Of a stretch of DNA of 64,000 nt, positions 18,963-28,556 are shown one piece after another. This DNA is from a phage, in NCBI GenBank assembly GCA_025829515.1, contig GCA_025829515.1_4865.1, one strand, 5' to 3'. Position numbers and translations under genes: made by a program. Position 1 is the stretch's first letter; each line of letters starts with the position of its first letter. The notes beneath the pieces are model-generated. The model was not told where the DNA came from. It worked only from the letters and a program-made list of their open reading frames with translations, and made no database searches.

Positions 18963-19062
18963 TGCTCTTGTTCGGATTCTGGTACGCACTACGCTTTTAA
19001 TATGCTGGCAGGGGGTCTAAAAATCTTACGACCTCAATAATCCCTTAACTCGAGTTAACGCG

Positions 19063-19860
19063 ATGTCTTTTACTTCAAAACAGAATCTGCTAAAACTCAT
19101 CAACGAAGAGAATAAGATAAGCCCACCGCTTACCTTTGACGATGTTGATATCGGACTGCCGGAGGTTGTGTCAGTAGACGGTCGTGATTCGGAGGTAGTC
19201 CTTACCTCGAAGATGCGCGGTGATGAAGGTACGCAAGTGATTGTGGACTACCATCGTCGCCCATTAGAGGACTACCTTACAGGCGATGTTGCCTTTGGAG
19301 ACGAGGACGTGCAAACCACGCACGACTTACTCGCGGCGATTAACGAGCGTTTTAATCTGTCTATCTTACCTGAGGATATCGAAGATAACCCCATTGATGG
19401 ACAGACGCACACAGTCGTTGCTGTTGAAACTTCCCACGAGTGGCGAAGTCAAGCGGTCATCGAGCTGAAACCTGCTACACCTCTGGCAGAAGTAGTAACC
19501 AATACAGAGTTGAGCGGTCTTCTGTACCCGGATCACCAGGACATCCAGTTGGGTCAGGCGTATATCTATTCGCGTGACATCGATTGTAGCCACATCTCTC
19601 GTTTCCTGAGCCTCTTAGCGGTCGGTATCGAGGTAGATGACACGGCGTTGGCAATCGAACTCAACAAATGTGTTCCTGAGATTTGGGTAGCTGAAGATAC
19701 CCCATCCCCGTATAACCTGCGTGGTGCCACTGTCGTATTCGACGGCGTACCTGCAGACTTGCCGGGAGCAAATACGGCGTTCGCGAATGTCGTGTCAGTG
19801 CAACTGACCGATAAATGTACGAACTTCCAGGGCAGCCTCAACCTACACTTTAACAACTAG
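19063..19860 (+). CDS. paralog-family protein, short type (anchor N-domain plus variable C-domain), member 1
   Basis: shares N-terminal block, internal motifs and C-terminal LHFNN with six downstream genes. Confidence 0.7.
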   Translation: MSFTSKQNLLKLINEENKISPPLTFDDVDIGLPEVVSVDGRDSEVVLTSKMRGDEGTQVIVDYHRRPLEDYLTGDVAFGDEDVQTTHDLLAAINERFNLSILPEDIEDNPIDGQTHTVVAVETSHEWRSQAVIELKPATPLAEVVTNTELSGLLYPDHQDIQLGQAYIYSRDIDCSHISRFLSLLAVGIEVDDTALAIELNKCVPEIWVAEDTPSPYNLRGATVVFDGVPADLPGANTAFANVVSVQLTDKCTNFQGSLNLHFNN

Positions 19861-19870
19861 GAGGGTATAG

Positions 19871-20713
19871 GTGTCTATTTACGATAAGCCCTCGAAAGAG
19901 ATGTTGTTAGATGCTATTAACCGACAGAACGGATTAACGGCCAATCCACTCACATGGGAGCAGGTTGCAACTGGCTTCCCTGAGTCTGTCCAAACGCCTG
20001 GCGCTGACCGGAATACGCGTGTGCTCTTATACGGGTTGAACGGCAAGGGCTACAAAGGCAACGTTACGCTCGAATACGACCGTATCGAAATGGAAATTCT
20101 GTTCAGGAACGTAATACCGGTAGTCGTTGCCGACCCGGTAAATAAACTCTCTGAGTTGTTGCCGTTTCTGAATGCGAAATACGGCTTGTCTTTAGTTGCC
20201 GATGATATCGTTGACCAGTCAGTAAAAGATTTGGGAGAAAGCTGGTTAATCGATGTGACTATTAAGCCCGGTTGCTTGGCCTGGCAAGGTGGTTTCCGTT
20301 TACGCTTTGCGAAGTTCTTCCCGAACTTGGCGGATGTGGTGACGGATGTTGACCTCAGCGCAATAATCGCACCGTTCGTGGTTGCTAGTAAACCACAGGC
20401 CGAGTATGTGGCGTATGGTTACGATTGGACTGAACTGCAAAAACAGTTCACCACCGATTGGGTTTACAACCGTGCAATCACTGCAGCGGATGTTGAGTTG
20501 TTGAATGAAGTGGTGCCATTAAAGTTTGCATATGTGACGGGGGCGAATGCGCAACCTGAACAAATTGCACTCCAAGGTGCACGATTTATGGGGATAACTT
20601 CAGTCACACCGAACGATAGTTACAACCCCGATTATCAGCGTGTGGCGATTATCAAGCTAGCTGCGGACAGCAACTACGCCGGTAATCTCATCCTTCATTA
20701 TCTCCCGATATAA
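19871..20713 (+). CDS. paralog-family protein, short type, member 2
   Basis: GTG start with aggaggg SD; GADRNT motif, YGLSLVADDI, C-terminal LHYLPI. Confidence 0.7.
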   Translation: MSIYDKPSKEMLLDAINRQNGLTANPLTWEQVATGFPESVQTPGADRNTRVLLYGLNGKGYKGNVTLEYDRIEMEILFRNVIPVVVADPVNKLSELLPFLNAKYGLSLVADDIVDQSVKDLGESWLIDVTIKPGCLAWQGGFRLRFAKFFPNLADVVTDVDLSAIIAPFVVASKPQAEYVAYGYDWTELQKQFTTDWVYNRAITAADVELLNEVVPLKFAYVTGANAQPEQIALQGARFMGITSVTPNDSYNPDYQRVAIIKLAADSNYAGNLILHYLPI

Positions 20714-20723
20714 GGATTTTGAC

Positions 20724-21569
20724 ATGCCACTTTTAGCCACAGCTGAAAAGATTATTATCGCGGAAGTTAACGTCGAAAACAATCTCGATTTAAAAGTCGA
20801 GGATGTTGTTTTTGGTGTCCCTGCGATTCCAACGTCTGACGAAGACTTGGCAAAAGCTAACGGTCACAACGCGATGGTGCGCATTCAGGCATTGGCCACG
20901 GCTAATGCTATCGGTGCCACTACCGTGTATTACGATCGTGTTGACTTCGCAGACATGTTTACCGATCCGGACGGGATTCAACCTTTACGTGTTCCTGCGC
21001 GTCTCGATGCTGTTTACCAGATGCATGACGTGGTCGGGTTAATTAACCAGTATTACGGTCTCAGCCTTAAACCTGCAGATGTGGTGAATACCGAAATCGA
21101 CAGGAAGACATGGCGTGTGGATCTGGTTGCCACGCCCACTTCTTTAGGTTGGATAGGGCAACAACAGGTACAGCTGTTACCAGGCGATGCCTTGCTTCCT
21201 GCAAACTTCGAACCGTTAACAGTGACACCTTACGAGTACCCGTATTTCAACATCAAGGTCGGTCAAGGTGCAGTTTATTCGTATCCCTGGCGCTTTGATA
21301 ATTTCGCGGAGGAATTTCAACGACTAGGTGCTGCGATAACCACAGAACGTCTGGCACAGATTCTCAAAACGGTCACCGGGGATAACTGGACAACGTACCG
21401 TAACCCTATCGACTTTAACCTTCGTGAAGCCGTCGTCGTCTATAACGGGCGTAACAAAGCGGAATTACCAACCAACCCAGCAGTCGACAACGTGCTGATT
21501 GTGGAGCTGTCGTTGTACTGTCTGAATTTTGGCGGGCGTTTGTATTTGCATTACAACGACCCTGATTAA
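20724..21569 (+). CDS. paralog-family protein, short type, member 3
   Basis: YYDRVDF, YYGLSLKPADV, C-terminal LHYNDPD. Confidence 0.7.
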   Translation: MPLLATAEKIIIAEVNVENNLDLKVEDVVFGVPAIPTSDEDLAKANGHNAMVRIQALATANAIGATTVYYDRVDFADMFTDPDGIQPLRVPARLDAVYQMHDVVGLINQYYGLSLKPADVVNTEIDRKTWRVDLVATPTSLGWIGQQQVQLLPGDALLPANFEPLTVTPYEYPYFNIKVGQGAVYSYPWRFDNFAEEFQRLGAAITTERLAQILKTVTGDNWTTYRNPIDFNLREAVVVYNGRNKAELPTNPAVDNVLIVELSLYCLNFGGRLYLHYNDPD

Positions 21570-21590
21570 TCCTGAGTAAAGGAAGTAAGA

Positions 21591-22502
21591 ATGAAACCTT
21601 TAAACAAAACGTCCGATCAGCTGGTTCTGGATTTTATTAATGAGAAAAACCCAGACGCAGAACTGGAACTTTCTAAAATAACGCTCGGCACACCGACCCC
21701 TATTGTCGATGAAGGTGCCGATCGCAATACCAGCATGACCCTGACTGCGAAAAAGAACTCCGGGTACATCGGTACTCAGGACGTGACTTATAATCGCCTG
21801 GAAGGCGGTGCGCTGTTCCGTAATGTAACCGCATACCTCGACGTTAAACTGCCGAAAACCACCACCGACCTGCTGACGACCCTGAACACCCAATACGGAT
21901 TGAAGCTGACCGAAGACGATATCGTTCCGGCGGCTATTCCGGAAAATACCAACCCGCCGCTGACTAACCCGAACGATCCGGACCCAGCACCGGTTGACCA
22001 TGTCATTACCTTCAAAGAAGACTGCTACGCTTATCTGGGCAGCATCCCGGTTAAAATCGGTGCTAAGCCTCAGGTTGGTGAACGTCTGAGTCTGGTGGTA
22101 ACACAAACCAAGCTCGACGGCCTGGTTTACCCAGATGGTCCAAGCGAAGCGAAGGGTCAGGGCTACATCTACTCTTACGGTGTAGACTGCACAGCAATCG
22201 CAGCATTCCTGAAAGTACAGACGAAAGGTGTTATCGCTGGCGACTCTGCATTCCCGGTTGAGCTGAATAAAGTTGTGCCGGAACTGTGGGTTGCATCTGA
22301 TGAGCCTGCGGATTATAACCTGAAAGGTGCTAACGTGTTGTACGTTGGTTCTACTACTGACGATGGCACTGCTTCAGGCGACGATCCTAAGAAACCGGTT
22401 GAAGGTGCAAACACTGCTTACAACCAGGTTCTGCTGCTGCAGCTGGATGACACTCTGTGCACCAACTTCCAGGGCGTCATGTACCTGCACTTTAATGCCT
22501 AA
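21591..22502 (+). CDS. paralog-family protein, short type, member 4
   Basis: close paralog of member 1 (GQGYIYSYGVDC, ELNKVVPELWVASDEP, TNFQGVMYLHFNA). Confidence 0.7.
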   Translation: MKPLNKTSDQLVLDFINEKNPDAELELSKITLGTPTPIVDEGADRNTSMTLTAKKNSGYIGTQDVTYNRLEGGALFRNVTAYLDVKLPKTTTDLLTTLNTQYGLKLTEDDIVPAAIPENTNPPLTNPNDPDPAPVDHVITFKEDCYAYLGSIPVKIGAKPQVGERLSLVVTQTKLDGLVYPDGPSEAKGQGYIYSYGVDCTAIAAFLKVQTKGVIAGDSAFPVELNKVVPELWVASDEPADYNLKGANVLYVGSTTDDGTASGDDPKKPVEGANTAYNQVLLLQLDDTLCTNFQGVMYLHFNA

Positions 22503-22509
22503 TTAGGCC

Positions 22510-22556
22510 TCGCTGGGAGGAGGAAATCCTCCTCCTGGCTACTCCTTTCTTTTTTG
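22510..22556 (+). terminator. intrinsic terminator
   Basis: gggaggagg-aaat-cctcctcc hairpin followed by T-run. Confidence 0.7.
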
Positions 22557-22571
22557 GCCGAGGAGGCTATT

Positions 22572-23411
22572 ATGGCTTTATATAGTCTGTCTCAGCGACA
22601 ATATCTGTACGATGCGATTAATGCCGAAAACCCGGATGCTGTTCTACCGATGGGTTTAGACAATGCTATCATCGGTACGCCGAAAGCAATCACACCGACA
22701 GCAAGCGGTGCCAATACTGAGATTATCATTCGTGGTCGTCAAGGTCGTGGCTATATCGGTCCTCAGACGTTCCGTTATAAGCGCTTGTCGCTGAACGACT
22801 TATTTAAGAACATGACACCTCAGGTAACTGCACCGAATGCCTACGGTTGGTTGAACGTGGAGTCGAAACGTACTGCGTTTGCGCAGAACCTGAACGGTCG
22901 TTATGGATTAAACCTGGTTGCAGACGATATCCCAGAACAATACGTTTATCTGAACGTAAACAACACGATGCGCATTAACGCTAGCTGTATCCAATACACT
23001 GGCAGCATCACCTTTATGTCTATCCGGGGTAAGAATAGTCTCGAAGACCTCGTGGTAAACGACATCTTGTTGGCTTTGAACCACCCTGCAGCAGCAAGCA
23101 CTGGTAAGAAATACATGGGCTTCTTGACGTACGGGGAAGACTTTACCGATGAAGTGCAGGTTATGGCCTCGTTTAAGAACGGGCGAATGGATGTAGGAAG
23201 TAACTTTGATTTGGGTTACACGTCCAATCTGATGGCCACATTGGTCGCACGTGGGGTACCGTCGTTTGATCCGACGAACTGCACAATTACCCGCTACAAA
23301 ACGAGTGAGTTGGCGACCGCCAATAAAGCGTACGATAACGTATTGCTGATTACCGGCATTCAGAACGACCCGAAAGTAATCGGCGAGTGTATGTTGCACT
23401 ACAACAACTAG
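22572..23411 (+). CDS. paralog-family protein, short type, member 5
   Basis: start moved to ATG at 22572 (gaggagg SD); C-terminal LHYNN. Confidence 0.7.
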   Translation: MALYSLSQRQYLYDAINAENPDAVLPMGLDNAIIGTPKAITPTASGANTEIIIRGRQGRGYIGPQTFRYKRLSLNDLFKNMTPQVTAPNAYGWLNVESKRTAFAQNLNGRYGLNLVADDIPEQYVYLNVNNTMRINASCIQYTGSITFMSIRGKNSLEDLVVNDILLALNHPAAASTGKKYMGFLTYGEDFTDEVQVMASFKNGRMDVGSNFDLGYTSNLMATLVARGVPSFDPTNCTITRYKTSELATANKAYDNVLLITGIQNDPKVIGECMLHYNN

Positions 23412-23421
23412 GAATTAGCGA

Positions 23422-24309
23422 ATGGCTATTTATCAACCTTCTAAAGACGTCCTGTTGGCAGCAGTGAACGCACAGAACTCGCTTGCTGTTAAGATGACTG
23501 ACATCATCTGGTCCTCGCCAAAGGACATCCGTGGTACGGAGAAGGAAACGCTGACTAACCGTAACACGCAAATTAAAATTACGGCAGATGGGGTAACGGG
23601 CTCTACCTGGTCGGGTAAGAAAAATGTCTTCTACAACCGCATGAAAGTCGAAGACTTGTTAGTGCTGATTGGTGACACGTTGGCGATCGGCCCATCCAAC
23701 GAAACCTTGTATGCGGCCATTCCTGGACTGAACCAACGTTACGGTTTTGTTCTGGAAGAAGCTGACCTGCAGGACGCAGATATCGAATGGAACGGTGATA
23801 AGACCGAAGGTACTGTGCGCGTTGTTGCACATCCGGAGTCTATCGGCTGGGTTGGACAGGCGACATTTAAAGTCGTGAAAGGCGATGAGTCGTTAGTCTC
23901 TGCGGTCACTACTAACGTCCTGACCGGTCTGAAATACCCGAACGGTCAGATGGGTTCCGAAACCGTTACTGCGGTCATTGCAGAGGTTTATTCCTACCCG
24001 TACAACTTCACCAAATACCGTGATGAGTTGCTGGCATACGTGCCGGGTATTCTGTCCGGGCAGCCGTTAACGGATATGGTTAACCTGCTGAAAGATATCA
24101 CGGGTACTGCATGGGTAGCGACCACCTCCGCTTCCTACGGTTTGGCGGGCGCGGAGGTTATCAGCGTTGGTCTGAATGACCCTGTTGCAATGCCGACAAA
24201 CGCGAAGTACAAGTATGCGCTGGTGTTGAAACTGCCTGTTACCTGTACCACCATCGTCGGAACGTTGTATCTCCAGTTCAACGATCTGGACGATCCAAGC
24301 GAGGTATAA
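23422..24309 (+). CDS. paralog-family protein, short type, member 6
   Basis: TNRNT, YGFVLEEADL, C-terminal LYLQFNDLDDPSEV. Confidence 0.7.
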   Translation: MAIYQPSKDVLLAAVNAQNSLAVKMTDIIWSSPKDIRGTEKETLTNRNTQIKITADGVTGSTWSGKKNVFYNRMKVEDLLVLIGDTLAIGPSNETLYAAIPGLNQRYGFVLEEADLQDADIEWNGDKTEGTVRVVAHPESIGWVGQATFKVVKGDESLVSAVTTNVLTGLKYPNGQMGSETVTAVIAEVYSYPYNFTKYRDELLAYVPGILSGQPLTDMVNLLKDITGTAWVATTSASYGLAGAEVISVGLNDPVAMPTNAKYKYALVLKLPVTCTTIVGTLYLQFNDLDDPSEV

Positions 24310-24312
24310 TTG

Positions 24313-25140
24313 ATGATCAACTATGCTAAGCCGTCAAACGAGTTGGTCTTTGACCTCATTAACCGGGATAACCCAAACCTACCTATTAAAGCGTCGCCGG
24401 CAAACTGCTACGTGGAGAAAGTGACACAGGTTCCCGTTAATGCAGCTTCCAACAACCGCAATACGTCGGCACGCTTGCGCGGTATTCAGGGTTCTGGATT
24501 TCGAGACGCAATCACCGTTTACTACGACCGTGTGAACTTAGCGCGGTTATTGCCGTGGGGGCCTTCCGTCCAGGCGCAGTTCGTCACGTTTGACGCACCC
24601 AACCTCCACTCAGCCTTTTCGGTGCTCTTGGATACCTACGGAGTAAACTTCTCCGCAATCGATATCCAAAACTACTCACTGTTTGGTGCCAATACCCCAA
24701 ATTACACCAATACACAGACCATTGCAGCGCTATCGACATCTCCGGCTTATATCGGTTCTGCGACGTTGCGTTATAACCGTGGTTTACCGGTACTAGACAC
24801 TTCGGTGAAATCGGATGTCTTGAATGCGATTCAAGAGCCTATTTCACCGTCTCTCGGTAAGAAGTGTATTGATTTGTTGACGTACGGTATTGACTTTACC
24901 GCGTATAAAAACCTACTGACAGTAGATGCTTCTGGCCTACCGCAGTGGGCTGGTTTGCGTAAGGTGTTGGATGACCTGGGTATTCCGAACTACGCGGGGC
25001 CACTGAACAGCAACACCGTTCAGGATGTGCCGACTTCCACCGCTCAGTTCGCTAACAAATCGTACGACCGCGTGGTTATCCAAACGGGTATCGATGAGGA
25101 AGGCGTGAAAGGCGTGGCGTACTACCACTATAACAGCTAA
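24313..25140 (+). CDS. paralog-family protein, short type, member 7
   Basis: start moved to ATG at 24313; NNRNT, ITVYYDRVNL, C-terminal YYHYNS. Confidence 0.7.
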   Translation: MINYAKPSNELVFDLINRDNPNLPIKASPANCYVEKVTQVPVNAASNNRNTSARLRGIQGSGFRDAITVYYDRVNLARLLPWGPSVQAQFVTFDAPNLHSAFSVLLDTYGVNFSAIDIQNYSLFGANTPNYTNTQTIAALSTSPAYIGSATLRYNRGLPVLDTSVKSDVLNAIQEPISPSLGKKCIDLLTYGIDFTAYKNLLTVDASGLPQWAGLRKVLDDLGIPNYAGPLNSNTVQDVPTSTAQFANKSYDRVVIQTGIDEEGVKGVAYYHYNS

Positions 25141-25143
25141 GTG

Positions 25144-25171
25144 TAGGGGCTCTTCGGAGCCCCATCTTTTG
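25144..25171 (+). terminator. intrinsic terminator
   Basis: ggggctc-ttcg-gagcccc hairpin followed by atctttt. Confidence 0.7.
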
Positions 25172-25187
25172 GCGATGCGGAGTCCCT

Positions 25188-26600
25188 ATGCTATTTTACT
25201 CGAAGGAGTCGGCACTGCTTGTATACGACCAAGTCAATCGGGATAACCCTGATTTAGTTATTAAGCTGACGCCGGCTATCGCTGCTTTAACCAGTGGCCC
25301 AACCTCAGTTACGTTAAACCAACGTAACACCAAAGCTGTTTTCACCGGGTATCCAGGGACAGGTGTACAAGGTAATGTTACCGTGTACTACGACCGGATT
25401 AACCTGGCCACCTTATTTAATTTTGTGCCGACTGTGGCTATCAAAGACACAGTCTTAACGGTACGAGACGCGTTACCTGCAATAAACGACGCATTAGGAC
25501 TTACATTAGTTGCTTCTGATTTGCAGTCACCTGACGCAAGTTTACCTAAACCGAGCGTTTCGCCGCAGACGTTGAAATTAAATATCTCAGGCAATTGCCC
25601 TGCGTTTACAGGCAGCTTAACGATACGTTATACCGTCCCGAGTGGTGCAATTTACCCCGATTCTGGACCTGGCCCTAAAACGTTGCTGCAAGGTAACACT
25701 ATCGCGGGTTATTTCGGAACAACCAGAACTGCAGAGTTGTTTACACACTCTCAACTTCTTAATGCCACTATATCGGCCGGTGCGTTACCACCGGTACATT
25801 CTGGTGCCGAAGGTTGGTACAAGTTCTTTTACCAGGGTAGGGTTATTTACCTCCCGATCAGTCCTGTCGCTGGCTCCATCTCCTGGAATACGTTATATAC
25901 AAACGGACTCGTTTACGGAACAGACGATAACGGTAAATACCCTGCAGCGACGCCCGTTAACCAGGGACGCATCATTAGCTTTACAGGCGCAGACAACAAA
26001 AGGTTTTACTTCCGTGTTCGTCTACCTAGTGCCGGGAAAGACCCATACGTCAGCGGCACCCCAACTGCCGCTGAGTTAGCAGGTAGTGAGTTTGAGATGT
26101 TCAACTTTCTGTATAATGGAACGTGGGACAAACCGATTAACAGTTACTGGACGCTGTTCTGTTTATTGAAAGATACACTGAAGACCAACGTCGCCCATCA
26201 TCGCATGGCGACGTTGTCTGGAGCAAGTTGGACAAACTTAGAAAAATCATCGAGTGCGGGCAACTACTACTGGTTCCCGGTGCTGGAGTTGGTGGATAAG
26301 TCCACAGTTACCTTGGGTTTAGAAGATATCCACGGTACGGCAGATTACAGTCTCCAACCGTGCAGCGTGTCCGCAGAAAACACATTTAGTCTCAAGCCGT
26401 TAGTGCTCGGTAATCCGGATACTACCGATTTCGAACCGGTAGTTGTTACTTCAGAAAACAGTTTCGCACTGCATCCGCCTGCTTTAATGCTGCCGAAGAC
26501 AGTCGACTTCCAACCTATTGCGGCTACCGCTGAAATGTATACGCCCCCTGACAAGACAACGTTAACGTCTCTTAACGGTGAACTGGACGGCTTTAAGTAG
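25188..26600 (+). CDS. paralog-family protein, long type (anchor N-domain, GPGP core domain, linker, C-terminal NGELDGF tag), module 1
   Basis: NQRNT, VTVYYDRINL, DSGPGPKTLL...GYFG...ELF, YWFPVLELVD, ends SLNGELDGFK. Confidence 0.7.
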   Translation: MLFYSKESALLVYDQVNRDNPDLVIKLTPAIAALTSGPTSVTLNQRNTKAVFTGYPGTGVQGNVTVYYDRINLATLFNFVPTVAIKDTVLTVRDALPAINDALGLTLVASDLQSPDASLPKPSVSPQTLKLNISGNCPAFTGSLTIRYTVPSGAIYPDSGPGPKTLLQGNTIAGYFGTTRTAELFTHSQLLNATISAGALPPVHSGAEGWYKFFYQGRVIYLPISPVAGSISWNTLYTNGLVYGTDDNGKYPAATPVNQGRIISFTGADNKRFYFRVRLPSAGKDPYVSGTPTAAELAGSEFEMFNFLYNGTWDKPINSYWTLFCLLKDTLKTNVAHHRMATLSGASWTNLEKSSSAGNYYWFPVLELVDKSTVTLGLEDIHGTADYSLQPCSVSAENTFSLKPLVLGNPDTTDFEPVVVTSENSFALHPPALMLPKTVDFQPIAATAEMYTPPDKTTLTSLNGELDGFK

Positions 26601-26611
26601 AGGTATCATCT

Positions 26612-27610
26612 ATGTCTTTTACTTTGCGTTGGAAAAATCCAAACGTAATCTCTACGGTAGTAAAAATCTACCGTGATGTTAAAGATATCACACCAAGCGC
26701 TTTGCCTGAACCGATTGCAACGCTCTCAAACGGCGAGACAGAATGGCGTGATACCACCGCCACACCAGGCGCAACCTATTATTACCTTCTGACGGTAACC
26801 GCCAACGGTAAAACAGTGGCATCGTCTAGCCAGAAATATACCATTGAACTGAAGCGGGGAATCGGTCCAATGACTATTCTAAACGGTGACGACCGTTTAG
26901 GGTTTATGGGTGCGGTTCCTTACGACGAACAGTGGCTTCCGTCGCAAATGCCACCTGCATTTTTGGCGATGTTCCCTAACCTACTAACCGATCGTGTGGC
27001 GTTGTATAAATTTACCCGAAACGGGAAGATCTATTACATGCTATCTAGCACGTCGCAGTTCCCGAATACGCCTGTGGACTGGGCTTCCCTCTATCAAGCT
27101 GGTTTAGTCTACGGTACAGGCGATGCTGGCCCAGAGAACGGCCATGGAACGCTACCGGCCACTCCACAAGACGCTAAGATAGTCCACAGAGGGGATACGT
27201 ACATTATGCGTCTTCCTCGCGGCCTGACGACGTCTAGCGAGTCTCCTGCGTATCCTTTCGTGGCTGACTACAATGGGAAAACCCACGATGAAATCGCTTC
27301 TCTAACCAACCCGTGCGAGTATAACGATTTACTTTACACGATGGTTAACGAGGTGCCGAAGAAACAACGTTGGGCTAACTGGGCAACAATCGGTTATACT
27401 TATCTGGGACAGGGTACTTTGGGAACCTTGGCACAGTATTTCGGCGGTGGTGTTCTCTGTATGGAACACGACACCGCGGAAGACCGTGTGCTCCATCGTG
27501 GTATTTTTAACAATGCCGGTGGAACACCCGTATCCACGATTCAGCGTATAAACTATTTATCACCCACCACGAAAGGGCGCTACTACCCTATCTTTGAACT
27601 GGTCGAGTAA
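26612..27610 (+). CDS. module 1 B-type protein (fibronectin-III-like N-domain plus core domain)
   Basis: N-terminus RWKNP...IYRD...TYYYLLTVTANG (FN3-like pattern, inferred); core ends YYPIFELVE. Confidence 0.7.
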   Translation: MSFTLRWKNPNVISTVVKIYRDVKDITPSALPEPIATLSNGETEWRDTTATPGATYYYLLTVTANGKTVASSSQKYTIELKRGIGPMTILNGDDRLGFMGAVPYDEQWLPSQMPPAFLAMFPNLLTDRVALYKFTRNGKIYYMLSSTSQFPNTPVDWASLYQAGLVYGTGDAGPENGHGTLPATPQDAKIVHRGDTYIMRLPRGLTTSSESPAYPFVADYNGKTHDEIASLTNPCEYNDLLYTMVNEVPKKQRWANWATIGYTYLGQGTLGTLAQYFGGGVLCMEHDTAEDRVLHRGIFNNAGGTPVSTIQRINYLSPTTKGRYYPIFELVE

Positions 27611-27619
27611 GGGGCAGTC

Positions 27620-28543
27620 ATGACTATACGGTTAAGCTGGCCGTCCCAAGCCAGCAAAGGTCTTACCGCGATTGAAATCTACCGCAAGGAAGGATGGAAC
27701 GCAACAATCGACGTTTACAACCCAGGCACACCCCACGCCACCTTATCCGGTAGCGCGGTAGAGTTCGTAGATAATATCGATACCCTGACGAAGAATACAA
27801 CTTATCGTTACTGGGTAGCTGCTGTGAAAGATAATGAACGACTTATCGGCAATCCGATTACGCAAGGGTTCTATCCGGACACTGGACCGGGGCCACAAAC
27901 TATTTTGCGTGGCGATTGGGCGTCAGGCTATTTCGGTACGGTATCTAATACCGAGTTCTTTAATACTGCCGAGTTAAAACTCATGTTAACCGCGCAGCAG
28001 GGAAACATGTTTACTTACGACCCTCAGGAATGGCACAAGTTTATTTTCCGTGGGCGAATTGTCTTCTTCCCAGCGACGATGCATTCGAAAAGCAACTCGG
28101 TACAAATGGCGTATCAGTACGGCATGATGTACGGGACCGATGATGTCGGAAGTATTGTTCCGCAGGGAGCCACGGCGACTAAACAAGATTGTAAGGTCAC
28201 GAAGGATGGTCGTACGTACCGTATCCGATTACCTTACGCAGTCCCGTACGACGCGGCACTCTCAGGACAGGATTACAACAACGGTGAATGGCGAAACACA
28301 ATGGGCCGTTTGTATCCTGTCGGTGCACAGTACGCAGCCCTCGGTCTTGGTGCGATTGACTCACTTGAAAGACAAGGCGCGACTGCGCAGCCGAATGAGT
28401 CAGGTGCCGCTGTATTAGCTCCTTTGTGGAGCAACAACATATTCGCTTATGCGTATGGCACCGTGCCTATGGGGATTAGTAACACCGCAGGTGTCGGGAA
28501 CTCGGCCACGATATTCTTTGCTTTTGAATTAGTCTTACCGTAA
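27620..28543 (+). CDS. module 1 C-type protein (FN3-like N-domain plus GPGP core domain)
   Basis: IEIYRK...TTYRYWVAAV, DTGPGPQTILRGDWASGYFG, ends FAFELVLP. Confidence 0.7.
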   Translation: MTIRLSWPSQASKGLTAIEIYRKEGWNATIDVYNPGTPHATLSGSAVEFVDNIDTLTKNTTYRYWVAAVKDNERLIGNPITQGFYPDTGPGPQTILRGDWASGYFGTVSNTEFFNTAELKLMLTAQQGNMFTYDPQEWHKFIFRGRIVFFPATMHSKSNSVQMAYQYGMMYGTDDVGSIVPQGATATKQDCKVTKDGRTYRIRLPYAVPYDAALSGQDYNNGEWRNTMGRLYPVGAQYAALGLGAIDSLERQGATAQPNESGAAVLAPLWSNNIFAYAYGTVPMGISNTAGVGNSATIFFAFELVLP

Positions 28544-28556
28544 TGGAGTAAATACC

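Noticed and set aside
21600-23399. Minus-strand ORFs of 168, 75 and 163 aa inside the paralog array
   Set aside because: Antisense to well-supported plus-strand paralog genes; no SD; not conserved between paralogs.
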